In this document: positions 41,699-55,633 of the stretch, piece after piece
Numbering within the stretch: position 1 is the first letter of the stretch
Layout: each line of letters opens with the position of its first letter
Source: Octopus vulgaris
Lineage: Eukaryota
DNA length: 64,000 nucleotides
Reading direction: 5' to 3'
Assembly: GCA_951406725.2 (NCBI GenBank)
Contig: OX597824.1
Coordinates: 39,060,001-39,124,000, forward strand
Translations under genes and position numbers: made by a program
Notes under the pieces: model-generated
Told to the model about the DNA's origin: nothing
Databases searched by the model: none
What the model saw: only the letters and a program-made list of their open reading frames with translations

Positions 41699-43080
41699 GA
41701 ATGTATGTATGCATGTATATGAATGTACATGGAGATAAAGTTAAATTCAAGATTAGAAGGCATATACCCATCTCCTGCAGTTTTGGTTACTTGTTTAGCA
41801 CTTTCTTTTTCTGTGCTAAATGTTGTCCGTTGTTCAATGCATGGTGAGAGTGATGTCTTAAGGCTGTTTGACAAAGAATGTCTAATAAGAACCCATTCCA
41901 CCCCACAAAATAAACCTCCCAAAAACCTGCTAAGTTTGAGCAAAACATTTAGCAATTACCCTTGTATGGTAGGAAGATGTTGAAGTGGAGATGAAGCTTT
42001 GCTGCAGTGTCTTAAAGAAAGAAAGAAAGAAAGAAAGAGAGAAAAGAAGAGAAAACATTAAATATGAATAGAGAAACATGCAGCCCATCCTTTCCATATG
42101 CATCTCTCACTCTCTCTTTCTCTCTCCCCTTTTCTCTCTTTCTCTTTCTCTTTCTCTCTCTAACCTGTGACAATTGTGTCGCTTGTCTATGAGTTCAAGA
42201 TATTTTAACACCCGGTGCTTTGAGAGAGTAATCTCCACCACTCCATATCGCAGCCTTCTAGCAAACATGCAAAATACATCTGTTCAGTAAATGTGGTCGA
42301 TAATGTTCATTACACCAGCGCTGCTTCTGTTTCATAATTGAATTTATTCTTTTGCATTGTCCGTGCATATCAAGATATAGTTTTCACGCTGTATGCATAT
42401 AAGTCGTGGAATGGCGGCATGATTCTTCTACGGTCCTGCTTGGATACGAAATGTTGCTGAGCTACGAAAACAGTGAAACAGTGATTTCCATCACTTCTGA
42501 ATGTGTTGTCACTTCAGCCGAAAGCTTAGGTTTTTAACACCTTTGAGACAGTTATTTCCACCACGCCAATTCGCAGCCTACCAGTATATGAGGTCAATAA
42601 TGTTTATATATATATATAGGTGTGGCTGCTTGGTAAGAAGCTTGTTTCTCAACCACATGTTACCGGGTTCAGTTTCACTGTATGGTAGCTTGGGCATGTG
42701 TAATATATTTGGAAAAATAGTAGACAAGGCTTTTTTTTGTGTGTGTGGGAATAATTTTGGTAAGAAGTTTCGAGCTTTTTGATAGCCGTTTTCAAACTGA
42801 AATTCTGTGGTTTAGAAGGTTGTTTAAACAGCAAAAGATTTTTCTTGCAGGTATACAAATATAAAATAAAAATGGAAGATAAAAGATAGAAAAAATAAAG
42901 AGTATAAACCTAATATAAAAAAATAATAAAGAATACAAAAATAAAATACAGCACCATATGGGAAAAAAGAATCAAGAAGAGAAAAGATAAAAGAAAAAGA
43001 TAAAGATGGAAGGTAAGAAAACAAAAAGCCATATTTTTTCAAATATATCATACGGGACCAAGAACTTTTTTATGAATCTA

Positions 43081-43145
<65 letters not shown>

Positions 43146-43242
43146 AGCCCCGGGGGCGATTTTTCCGAGAAACGGTGCTGTTCCAGCATAGCTGCAGTCA
43201 AATGTCCGAAGGAATTAAAAGAATAAATACGTATTCATATAT

Positions 43243-43458
43243 ACTCTTTTACTCTTTTACTTGTTTCAGTCATTTGACTGCGGCCATGCTGGAGCACCGC
43301 CTTTAGTCGAGCAAATCGACCCCGGGACTTATTCTTTGTAAGCCCAGTACTTATTCTATCGGTCTCTTTTGCCGAACCGCTAAGTGACGGGGACGTAATC
43401 ACACCAGCATCGGTTGTCAAGCAATGCTAGGGGGACAAACACACACACACATACACAT

Positions 43459-43513
<55 letters not shown>

Positions 43514-43684
43514 CATATATACGACAGGCTTCTTTCAGTTTCCGTCTACCAAATCCACTCACAAGGCATTGGTCGGCCCGAGGCTATAGCAGAAGGCACT
43601 TGCCCAAGATGCCACGCAGTGGGACTGAACCCGAAACCATGTGGTTGGTTAGCAAGCTACTTACCACACAGCCACTCCTGCGCC
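43243..43684 (-). mobile_element. SINE family A, full length, young
   Basis: Minus strand ggcgcaggagtggctgtgtggtaagtagcttgc through gtcaaatgactgaaacaagtaaaagagtaaaagag; a + strand tail fragment abuts at 43172-43225. Confidence 0.92.
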
Positions 43685-44179
43685 TATATATACATATGTA
43701 AAACACACACTGCGCCTATATATACATAACATATTTATACGTTTTGATATTTCTTCAGTTTTAATAAAAACAACAGAATAACAACTTGGCCCAAATAAAA
43801 ATAGATAAAATGTTTGGTTTCGGGTTTCGTGGTTGTCATAACTTTCAATGTTACCAACCACAATGCATTGGCATGTCCGGTTGAACAGCTCATCAAACTC
43901 TCATAATATAAGCAGTGGTCGTGATTTTCAGATAATTGACCAGGTGGTGCGTGGTGTTCCTGAGCAAAACATTTCTTCTCACGTTGCGCTGCGATCACCT
44001 GACGCATGGTACACCGTGATTTTTTTCATGCAACGTCGATTTGATGGAGAGAGTAAGCTAATGTGCGACACGAAGTTTTTCATCTCTGTAAATAAATCAT
44101 TTGTGCATGTTGTTCGGCAAAAGCTGAACACTCAAAGATTGACTTCGACGGGAAAGTCCATCATATTTGTATATATATA

Positions 44180-44715
44180 TACGAGCAAAACGCTCCCCGT
44201 CCAATGGACGGTGCTGCGTTGTCAGACAGTTAAACCAAATTTTCTCAAAACAACATGTCCCACCGTCCCATAGGCCTCCCCTTTGAGAAACACTGATTTA
44301 ACCTAAATTTGAGACACCAGCAAAAGAAGAAATAAAGATAGACTTTTTTTCTATTCCAAAGAAAAACGATTTTATTCACACAAATATGCAACCGAAGAGT
44401 TTAAAGTACCAGTAATGATAAGGCTGTTGACTGGGAGAACACAAACATGGTTTAAACAGTAAGTTTGGCAGGAAAGAAACAACAGAAAATGGAAGGTGCA
44501 GTTATGATCAGGTCGATGGAAGAAAAGCAGGACAAAAACAGCTTTACCGATCGCATTCTCACCTGGAATCGATTTTTGTAATTTTTTTCAAGACTTATAC
44601 ACGTCCTGATACCGTCGGTATCTACATATCAAATTTGAGCGTAATCGGATGGAGGATGCCCAAGATCCTAGAAAACACACACACACACACAGACAGAACG
44701 GATTTTTATAAAAGA
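44180..44715 (+). mobile_element. Possible non-autonomous Helitron/Helentron-like (DINE-1/HINE-type) element; similar ends at ~3400-3530 and 49800-50390
   Basis: Short hairpin ccgtccaatggacgg near one end; caaatttgagcgtaatcgg...(CA)n acagacag...tttata at the other. Confidence 0.4.
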
Positions 44716-45017
44716 TACACACACACACACACAACAACAACAACAACAATAACAACAACATATGTAAACAGACATTTTGTGTGTGTTTGGAAGCATCGAA
44801 TATGTTTCATATTATACAGATAAAAAAGTAATACAGACAAGAAAGTAATATTTTGAACGCAATATAGCCAGAAACATTGCGTATGTCACTCTTATAAGAC
44901 GGAAAAAGTTGCCAGCAACTTCTGGCAACTTTTTCCGTCTTATAAGGGTGAAATGCCCAATGTTTCTGCTGTTTTCACGGTTATATTGCGTTCAAAATAT
45001 TACTTTCTTTTCTGTAA

Positions 45018-45112
<95 letters not shown>

Positions 45113-45439
45113 AGACGCACACACACATATTCATATTTCATACAATGAGAGCAACATAATAGAAAATTCCAAATAACTGCCAACAATTTCTTTGTAAATA
45201 TAAAACACATATGTTGCTCTGTCGAAAAATATTGCACGGTCCTTAATCCTTAAACGTAATGTTTGACAGTTTTTATAAACATTTATATATGAAAACAGAA
45301 TTATCATATATATGAATGTGTGTGAATGTGTGTGTGTGTCTGTATACATATGTGTATATAATGTATTATGTATACCTGTTTCTGTATGAGTGTGTGTGCA
45401 TGAGTATGTGCGTGTGAATGATTGGGTGCAAGTGTGCAA

Positions 45440-45842
<403 letters not shown>

Positions 45843-46093
45843 TGTGTTGTGATTGTGTCGGTGTATGTGTTGTATATGTGTGCGCGCGTGCGTGCGTGCG
45901 TGCGTGCACACATATGTGCACGTCTGCATTTGTGTTTGTTAAATTTGTCTGTGTCTGTGTGTGCGTGGCAGGACAGCAATTGCTATAATCTGATGCCGTT
46001 TGCATTTGCAGTAGCATCTGAAAGAGAATCTCAATAGCGACGACATTGACAGCGATAATGACGACGGCGACGATGACGATGACGACGACAACA

Positions 46094-46125
<32 letters not shown>

Positions 46126-46339
46126 AATGCTACTGCCTCTAATACTGCTGCTGCTGCTGATGATGATGAAAATATTATAACGATGGCGCCCGACACGGAT
46201 GGAGTTATTGTTGGTGATGCGAATAATTGGTAATGCAAATCTTCATCTAATACCAATATTCCTATGGGACAGTCGTGCTAATACCGATCGCTGTATTACA
46301 CGTGACTGGCTACTAAGGTCATCCTGTCCCAGCAACCAG

Positions 46340-46940
46340 TAGTGTCCAGCATCAGCATCTGTCTTTAATATTCCGTTTAAACGTATGCAGGTCAACATCA
46401 GCAAAGAAGACTTGAACATGGAGAAGATTACAGTGAGCCGATGTTAGCGGGTGGAAAGAACTGGAATTAGGTTAATGCGGAGCCGAAAGGTTTCGTGCAC
46501 CAGTGATGACAAGAGATAGAAAGACGAGTAAGTCATGGGTGGCTGAGTAGCGGGGGTAAAACATTAGCCAACTCCTACGAGCAAAGAACATTTTTGGAGC
46601 GAGAGATGAGAAACAGAGAGGAGACAGCACGCATTTTGGACTTGCTGGAAATTATCTTTGAGAGTTGGAGTGCCAAATACCCATGTCACTCATTTTAAGA
46701 TACGGTCCAGGATGTCTGTATATGTAGCTAGTAGAATCGGCCGGATGTGAACCTCCTTTGGACTTTGGTGAGTGTCAGTAGCTGTTGGGGGCTGAAATGT
46801 TTTCTGACCCTAAAGAGAAAGGTTAGTCTTTGGGATGCGGTCCTAGTTATGTCGTGGATCTATCTTTAATAAGCGAACTCTTCGATGATAGTGAGCCCAG
46901 CGCTTGAGGTTTCTTTGAGGGCTCTGAAGGATGCTCATGT
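46340..46940 (-). mobile_element. CR1/Jockey-type LINE RT C-terminal relic, heavily decayed
   Basis: Minus frames give LGSL/TI..., RTASQRLTFLFRVRKHFSPQQLLTL and TDILDRI motifs. Confidence 0.5.
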
Positions 46941-47018
46941 TCAGAGGAGTATAGAGTGAGGATATATACATACATACATACATACATACATACATACATA
47001 CATACATACATACATACA

Positions 47019-47050
<32 letters not shown>

Positions 47051-47054
47051 CATC

Positions 47055-47093
<39 letters not shown>

Positions 47094-47147
47094 ACACGCA
47101 CACACACATACATGTATGTTTATATGTATATATGTATGTATGCTGTT

Positions 47148-48545
47148 TAGGCATCCGCCGCTATAAACCAATTGATGCAACAACAATCAGGCATCAGTCT
47201 GCCGACCAGCGTCTTCGGGTGAAGTCGTGTTGTCATGTGGTACGTCTTTGTTTTGCAGTGCTTCTCCCCTGTTCGTCGATTTTTGCAGTAGTCGAAACGA
47301 ATGAACAGTGTGCTTCCGTGATTTTCTGTTTCCTGCTAAGGAAACGACCCCCGAAACAGTAATCATGTTTCAAACAGCTTACAAGAACGCTGCCATGAGC
47401 AAAACACAAGTTTAGGAATGGTTTTCACGCTTTAGAAAAGATCATTTGTCGCTTGAAGACGATCCTCGTTTAAGGCGAGTGTCAACCTCCCGAACGAATG
47501 AAAACATCACGAAAATTCATGAAGTGAACTTAGAGGACCGTCGCCGAACAATTAATGAGCTTCTTGATATGACTGGTGTGTCCTGGAGCTCTTGCCAAAG
47601 AATCTTGAGCGAGGAATTACGAATGAAAAGAGTTGCAGCAAAATGTGTGCCTCGCTTGGTTATGGAAGACCAAACGCAGTCACGACTGAATACGTGTCGT
47701 CGTGAACAGAAAAACAGTTGGAAGTTGATCCGGATCTTTTTGCGAAAGTCATCATTGGTGAAGAAAGGTGGTTATTCAGCTATGGCCCGGACACTAAGCA
47801 GCAATCAAGTCAGTGGAAGCATTCGATTTCACTACGCCCTAAAACAGCATTTCAAGTGAAGTCCAGTGTCAAGACGATGCTGATTTGTTTCATCGATGCG
47901 AAAGGAATTGTTCACAAAGAATTTGTTTCTCCTGGACAAACTGTTGACCAGACATTTTTCTGAAGCATTTACGAGACGCAGTGAGATAAAGACGCTCCGG
48001 CCTGTGGCAAAATGGAGTGTGGTGGTTTAATCATGACTATGAGTCTGCGCACACCGCCTTGTGTGTGAGACAGTTATTGACCGAAAATGGCATGACTCCG
48101 CCTCCCCACCCACCTATCCACTCGATCTTGCTCCCTGCGACTTTTTTGTTTTCCCGAATAAAAGAAGTCCTTAAAGGAAAATGTTTTGCAGACGGTCGTC
48201 CTGAACGAAGCTGGTCTTCAAGCAACAAGTGACCATTCCTAAAGCGTGGAAACCACTCGTAAACTAGTGTTTTGCTCATGACAGCACCCTCTTTACCGCC
48301 GGTTTACCAGTCAGAAAGCAGAATTTCACGGAAGCACACAATTCCTTCGTTTCAGCCATCGCAAAAATCGCCGAACAGAGAAGTATTGCAAAACACAGAC
48401 GCACCATGTAACAGTACGACTTCACCCGAGGATACCGCTCGGTATACTGATGTCTAAGGGTCGCATCAAGTAGCCTCTAGCGACGGAAGCCTGAACTACA
48501 ACGGGTTTTTCCACAGGAAATGTTCCTGTTACTTTTGAGTACGCT
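47148..48545 (+). mobile_element. Mariner transposase pseudogene with an inverted copy of its own 5' end
   Basis: MSKTQV-EWFSRFR, LEDRRRTINEL, RVAAKCVPRL, TKQQSSQW, VKTMLICFIDAKGIVHKEFVSPGQTV, HPPxxxDLAPCDF across frameshifts; 48192-48545 is the reverse complement of the 5' region. Confidence 0.88.
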
Positions 48546-48572
48546 GTTATATATATATATATATATATATAT

Positions 48573-49425
48573 AACATTTTATAAAGGGCTTAGTAAAATA
48601 AATTACTTTGCCACATACTGAACTCATTAGAAATAGCAGCCAAAAAAAATTTTTTTAGCCATTTCTAATACTTAAAGAAAATTTCTCTCAGATAGTGTTT
48701 ACTCAAAATAGCCCACGAAGGTATGGGGGTAAAAACATTAAAAAATCACAAGTGCAAAGATTATTTGAGAACGTACATTTCTAGATCAGCCAAATACAAT
48801 TCGACATTTCTTTCGTCAGCTCAAAATTCCTTAATTCGGATTTGTAAACACTGAAAGTAGGAGCATACCCTTTTGGCGACTTTTCACCTCCGAAGATCCG
48901 TTCAAACTAACAGTGCCAACAAATTCAAAATATGCAAGCGAAGAAATTCTGCTCTCGCCTTTCCACCCACGTGGGCTAACCTAGCAAACACCATAATTTT
49001 ATCGGTGAAAACCGAAGCATTAAACAGAGAGAAATGAATTATAATTTCAACAATTGAGGGTAAAATTAATTAATTATTAATCAATTTCACCAAGTATTCA
49101 GTATGTAAAGGGACCAGTATGTAAAGGGACCATTTCTCAAAATAATCTTTGCACTTGTGATTTTTTAATGTTTTTACCCCCATACCTTCGTGGGCTATTT
49201 TGAGTAAACACTATCTGAGAGAAACTTTCTTTAAGTATTAGAAATGGCTAAAAAAATTTTTTTTTTGGCTGCTATTTCTAATGAGTTCAGTATGTGGCAA
49301 AGTAATTTATTTTACTAAGCCCTTTATAAAATGTAATATTTTGAATTCGCCTTAAATGGTCCCTTTACATACTGAATACTTGGTGAAATTGATTAATAAT
49401 TAATTAATTTTACCCTCAATTGTTG

Positions 49426-49427
<2 letters not shown>
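48573..49427. mobile_element. Fold-back, hammerhead-bearing non-coding retroelement (Penelope pLTR/retrozyme-like) embedded in (TA)n
   Basis: 48573-48770 inverts 49134-49334; 49046-49115 inverts 49357-49427; hammerhead core at 48825-48764; (TA)n both sides. Confidence 0.75.
48764..48825 (-). ncRNA. Type I hammerhead ribozyme
   Basis: Minus strand TTTGAG-CTGACGA-AAGA...TCTA-GAA-ATGTACGT-T-CTCAAA: 6-bp stem I, CUGANGA and GAAA cores, short near-palindromic stem III, GUU cleavage triplet. Confidence 0.7.
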
Positions 49428-49460
<33 letters not shown>

Positions 49461-49467
<7 letters not shown>

Positions 49468-49590
49468 AAATTAGGGTATCTGAGAGATACCACCATGCTG
49501 AAATAGCAGTCAAAACCCTGACCCTAAAACCAGGGTTTTGACTGCTATTTCAGCATGGTGGTATCTCTCAAATACCCTAATTTGTAGTTT
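49461..49590. repeat. Near-perfect inverted repeat (60-bp arms, 10-nt loop)
   Basis: aaactataaattagggtat...caaaaccctg / cagggttttg...ataccctaatttgtagttt. Confidence 0.9.
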
Positions 49591-49685
49591 AAATAATTAT
49601 TACCTTTGTATGGTATTTATTCCCATGCTGGCCACTAGATAAACTCGATATTTAAATATCATTATTATCCTTGTTTATAAATCTA

Positions 49686-49802
<117 letters not shown>

Positions 49803-50431
49803 TAGATTACCAGTGACCCGTTGGGTCATTGACGGTTTAGGTTAGAAAACATTGAAGCTGGTTTCAATATTGCATTGAAATAAAAGTTAATTTTATGATG
49901 ATTCAGTTAAATATTTCAATTAGTTCGTGTCATCATAGGTCTAATTTAGAAGTTCATGTTTACGGTTTTATTAATTATTTACAGCATCTAATAGAAATAG
50001 AACTTCCGGGATACACTTAAACTCCAGTAATAGCATTTATTTATGGCTTATGTGCACACTTCTACACAAGTGTAAAAGGAATTGTTATACAACGTAAACA
50101 TAAAATTATTGGAAATAATTTTCACAGTATTATATACTCCCATTTTAGTGTTATGTTACTTTCCGAGTATTTTCCCATTATGCCCCGTTTTAGTCATTAT
50201 ATGAAGATACCCAGAAATCCGAGAATCTCGGGAATCTGTGGTCCGATTTAAACAAAACTTGTTTTATCTCGTTTGTATTCACATTTCAAGGGTCCTTACT
50301 TTCAGAGTATTTTCCCATTATGTGCCGGTTTAGCTCTATTGAATTATTGACAAACACGCACGCAAGCAAGCAATCTCAGAGTTTTAGTAGTACACATATA
50401 ATACACATACACACACACACACACACGTATA

Positions 50432-50723
50432 TACCTTCTCTTCTGACTGACAGGTCGTAAGTCGATGTGGTCGTATGTCGGATTTATATTTTTCAGCACT
50501 ATTTTCATTCAAACTGATGCTTGAAAGCGACTGTATGTGAGATAGTGGCAGGCAATGGATGTCTGGATCTCAGGGAGGCCTGCTTTACCCGATACTACCA
50601 TAGTTATTGTACGCGCAGCTACCCAACGTCTGAAAATCGATTTTTAAAAAATTTATTTACATTTTTATTTCCTTATTTTTTGTGGTCGTAAGTGCAGATG
50701 GTCATAAGTCGAGGAGAAAGTGT
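50432..50723. mobile_element. Probable Tc1/pogo-type MITE
   Basis: Repeated ggtcgtaagtcga motifs near both ends, degenerate TIR, TA flanks. Confidence 0.4.
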
Positions 50724-50724
50724 A

Positions 50725-51690
50725 TACAGGGTCCTAAGGTATTTGAGGACACCTTTTTTGGGTCATTGCTGCATTTTTTTTGCTAACTCTGTATAATCTT
50801 TGCTTCAGAAAATGATAATGGCAGGCCTTGAGCTAACTCAAGAAATGAAGAGGCATGCTGTTATTGTGGTATAAAGGCTGAGCATAGCGATTTAGAAATA
50901 TCTCGATTTTTAAAAGTTACCAGATCTTTCGTCTACAAAGTGTGTAAGGAGCTAGAGATTGAAGATGGAAACGTAACACCAGTGTCAAAGCATAAAAAGC
51001 ATTCTAAATGCTCAGAAGGCATCAGAGCACCTGAAGTTATCCAGCAAGTTCAACAGACCATTGATTAAAATCCCAGAAAGTCCATGAGGTCAATTGCAAA
51101 ATATCTCCATTTGTCAGAAAGAACACTCAGAAATGTTGTCCACTAAGACATCAGATATAAGTCTTATATGATGAGAAAAGATCAATTTGTCAGAAAAGCA
51201 AAAGAAAATCACTATATCAGATATAAAAGGCTCTTAAAGAAACTGGAAAATCAAGCAGAAGAAGATTTGATTTGGTTTTTCTCAAACGAGAAAAACTTCG
51301 ACCAAGATCAAAAAGTTAACAGAAGAAATGACAGAAGGTTATGTGCAGACCATTCTGAAGTTCCAAGCGTTATGCATACAAATTTTTCTGCAACTGTCAT
51401 GATTTTAAGGGTTGTCAGCAATGACGTACATGTGATACCTCATTATTTCTTTCCATAAGGCCTTAGAGCTAACTCTGCTGCCTACATTGACGTCCTGGAA
51501 ATAATTGTTAAGCTCTGGATAGATAGTGTATGCAATGGAAGGCCATATGTGTTTCGGTAAGACTCTGCACTATCACACAAGGCTCTAGTAACACAGGAAT
51601 GCAAGGCTGAAAATTTTCCTCATCCCATAACCGCAAAGATTTGGCCTCCTAATTCTCCAGATCTCACTGGACTATTACATGTGGAGCGTT

Positions 51691-51738
<48 letters not shown>

Positions 51739-52012
51739 CAATGAACATGCTCACAACACCAAAGATTCTATGAAAGATGCCATTGTCAGAGTAATGTCCA
51801 ATAGGAACCAGGACTACTTGATTCAAGCATGTAGAGGATTTAGATCTCATATAAAAGCGCTTGTTGAAGCTGAAGGTCGCTTTATTGAATAACATTATAA
51901 AGAAGGTTTATTTTTATTCTCAGCATCGTTTGATAAAGTTATTATCTGCTATTATACATCTGTATTTTTTTTTATGAACATAAATCTGTTCTCAAATATT
52001 TTAAACACCCTG
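50725..52012 (+). mobile_element. maT (DD37D) Tc1/mariner element, full length with pseudogenised transposase
   Basis: TIRs cagggt...tatttgaggaca / tgttctcaaata...accctg; FFSNEKNF, NRRNDR, DSALSHKA...WPPNSPDL-LDY giving 37 residues between the last two Asp once a small deletion is restored; (GA)n expansion at ~51695-51735. Confidence 0.85.
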
Positions 52013-52129
52013 TGGATAAAAGTTCAGGTTTCAAATGAATAGTAGAGTAATAACGCTATTCATTAATAAAAACTTGTCCAAAACAGCTAAACAGCTGTAG
52101 TAAGTGAACCAATATCCGCCTCTTGTTAT

Positions 52130-52179
<50 letters not shown>

Positions 52180-52626
52180 GTGCGTGAGTGGGTATGTGTG
52201 CATGTGTGTGTGTACATATATGCATATATATATATATACATATATATGTGTGTGTGTGTGTATGCATGTATGTATGTGTATATAGGTGAACGTACACACA
52301 GGTACACACAGCACGCAAGTATAAGCACATACACAAGATTTCTTTCGTTCTATTACTCTTTACCAAATTGTATTCACAGAGCATTGATTATTGCTAGCCT
52401 ATCGTAGAAGCGATTAGTTGAAGGGCGTGCCTCACACGGGTCAATACCGAAAACATGTGGTTGTGAAAAGTCTTTAACCTCTTCAAAAGCTTGTGGTCAA
52501 AATAGAAATAAGTTCACAATGAACCAATATCTATATATATATATATATAATAAAATATTAGGGAATAAATCCAAACTTACAGGGAAAAATCAGATTTAGG
52601 ATTAAATCCAATTTTATAGTAAAATA

Positions 52627-52891
52627 TTATATTATATTAAATTAGAGATAAAACCACTATTAGGCAAATCAAACAATGAAAAGCTTAAGCCAAAACATAA
52701 AATTAATTAATTTATATTATTTTAAATATATATCAAAAGTATTATCTTTTATTAAACTTTTACTTTTAATACTTTTGATATATATTTAAAATAATATATA
52801 TATTTAAAATAATATAAATGAATTAATTTTATGTATTGGCTTAAGTTTTTCATTGTTTGATTTGCCTAATAGTGGTTTTATCTCTAATTTA

Positions 52892-52900
<9 letters not shown>
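52627..52900. repeat. AT-rich fold-back inverted repeat (~115-bp arms) next to (TA)n
   Basis: attagagataaaaccactattaggcaaatcaaacaatgaaaa inverted at 52845-52890. Confidence 0.88.
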
Positions 52901-52959
<59 letters not shown>

Positions 52960-53399
52960 TATATACATCTCCCTTTCTCTTCCACACACACACACTTATT
53001 TTTTAAAATCTACCAATATAACAGTTTTGATTCTGATATAAAAATTGTCTTTGGTTTTTAATAGCATATATTTTTGAGATGAGACTAACTATTTTGTCTT
53101 TACAATTATATTTGAAACATTTTGTATTTATCATAATATTTCTTCAGATAATAATAATTTAATCAGTATGCCTTGTGAATATATGTACATTTATTACGTT
53201 TGTGACAGTTTTACGACTAAGATCAACGAGGTTCCATCACAACGGATTTTATGAAAATTCGTTATATTATAAATGATTAAGATAAACAGTGGAAAATACA
53301 TTGAATCTGCTCCGTTTACTCAAGTGCCCAACATAATTGGCTGAGCAAGAAGAGAAAGCAAATGTTTTATTTTACCATACACATGATATGAGCAGAAGA

Positions 53400-54250
53400 A
53401 AGTTCATACTGATTTTTAGTTTTTGCAGTGTTAACATAAATGGGGTTTCTGGTGCAAGGTTTTTGTGAGGGACTACATCTGACCCAATAATAGCCCAGAC
53501 CTCAATCTTCTCGATTACTTTTTATGAGGCATACTTCAAGCAAGGACCAATGCTTCACAACACTCGAGTGTCAACAGTTTGAAGACCTGCATCGTGCGTG
53601 CGACACACGGAATCAAAGTGGCAGAGATTACGGCAGCTGCAAAACAATTTCTTTCTCATGTAAAGGCAGTAATTGCATGGTTCATGGTCTCAAAAATTTG
53701 TCCTACGAAGAAAGGCTGAGGACGCTCGACCTTTATTCTCTTGAAAAACGCCGCCGCCGTGGTGATCTCATTCTCGTCCACAACATCATAAGCGGGAAGT
53801 GTAACCTCTCGAAAGAGCTGTTCTTCACTCCTGCTCCGGAGCGTCGGCTGCGGGGTCATTCCGAAAAGCTCTACCTGCGACGATTTCATCTCAATCGAAG
53901 GAGAGGAGCTTTCTCCGTCCGGGTTGCGGATCCGTGGAACAAGCTGCCAGACGAGATGGTGAAGATGCCGACGACCGCTTTGTTCAAAGCCTCCCTGGAC
54001 CTCAAGTGGCCTGAACTCTTTACATGAACACCACCCTGTACTTAACTCCATGTCCCCCTACATGGCCTTGCTATTTGCTTTTGAGCCAAATTAACTAACT
54101 AACTAAAAGGGCTGCCATATTGAGTGGAAATAGTTTTGTTGTAATACATGCTACATTAAATTTATATCTGTCTACTACCATTATTTTAGTATCTATAACA
54201 AGTGTTATGCATCGTAAAAGAGTGTTCCAATTTATCTCCAAGACTCTGTG
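53400..54250 (+). mobile_element. Tc1/mariner relic split by a CR1 insertion
   Basis: *PNNSPDLNLLDYFL*GIL at 53480; ...HVKAVIA stops at ~53677 and resumes KGCHIEWK* after ~54106. Confidence 0.65.
53677..54106 (+). mobile_element. CR1-clade LINE, 5'-truncated, young
   Basis: Intact frame LSYEERLRTLDLYSLEKRRRRGDLI...LRGHSEKL...FSVRVADPWNKLP, short 3' UTR and (TAAC)n tail. Confidence 0.88.
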
Positions 54251-55245
54251 TATGTGTGCGTGCATGCATGCGTATGTATGTATGTTCAATTCTGTTTTTA
54301 ACTTTTTGAATTTAACTGAGGAAGGAGCTGGTATCTAACAAACATGCAAAGCTCCAACGCTGGAATGTAGAAAATAAAAACAATGTCAGAATTTAAACTT
54401 GAGAAAAGTGTTGCCTATTTTTACTTTGCCACGTAAAGATTGTAATTGAAATATGCCAGTTAGTTAGTTGATTGCTTTTTCTGAAAACCGTATACCCTAG
54501 CTTATGCGGATTGTCAATTAGACATTTTCTCACAAAACCAAATGCACATATTATTATTGGCACACACGCACACAGACAGACGCACGCGTACACATACACA
54601 TACACACCACATGAGTGTGTGTGCGTGCGTGTGTGCCTGCGCGTGCGCGCGCGCACGGTTTTTTTACTGCCTGCTTGCAGTACACAGATATGGCTAAAAT
54701 AATCTGATCGATCGATAAATAGATTGTGAAGGACAGTTTTATCGGGATTTGCACTTTTGACATTACCGATTCGCGAAGGCGCGCATTGTCTGCATGAATG
54801 AAACGGATGTCCACTGTGTTAGCCTACGCACATGCATACACAGCTACACACAAATCTTACATAGCTACGCAGATGCTTACATAGTTACACATAGGAGCAT
54901 ACACATAAAATCACTAATAGAGTAATACATTCATATACATACCGTCTTGCCGATCGGAGGAGGTTCCAATGAAAGTGTCGTTCTCGTCGCGCAATAATAT
55001 TTCTTACAATATTTAGTCTTGTAATCTTTCATTCTAGTTTGAAATCTCAGCGGTGACTTCTATGCGTATTATCCTAACACTAGCTGAGAAATTTAATAAT
55101 ATACATACACACGAACAGACATGTATATATTTATACACGTGTATTTAGATTTTATAGATATACAATACATAAAAATATATATGCATATACATATCTAAAT
55201 ATATACTCGTACATATACATGCATACGTACATACATACATTCATA

Positions 55246-55308
<63 letters not shown>

Positions 55309-55517
55309 ATTCATGTATATATAATTTTGTCAGCAGAAGTAGGTTATAGAATAATATTCTAGAGGTAGTCTAAATATCACAAGATATGCATTTTCTGATG
55401 GCGACAACTAGTGATTAGTTTTGATACTCCGCTGAATTTATCGCATTTCCTGTCTAAAAGTTCACGTCTGAAATTTTCTCTGATTAACAGTCCACAATTT
55501 AACACACCGTACACCAG

Positions 55518-55633
55518 CTTTAACAATAAATTATTCAACCTCAATTTTTAACAATAAATTATTCGACCTCAATTTTTTACAATAAATTATTCGACCTTAA
55601 TTTTTAACAATAAATTATTCGACCTTAATTTTT
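55518..55633. repeat. Minisatellite, ~28 bp x 4
   Basis: tttaacaataaattattcgacct[c/t]aatt repeated four times. Confidence 0.9.

Noticed and set aside
53524-54027. 167-aa ORF as a host gene
   Set aside because: Chimera of Tc1 relic sequence and a CR1 ORF2 C-terminus.
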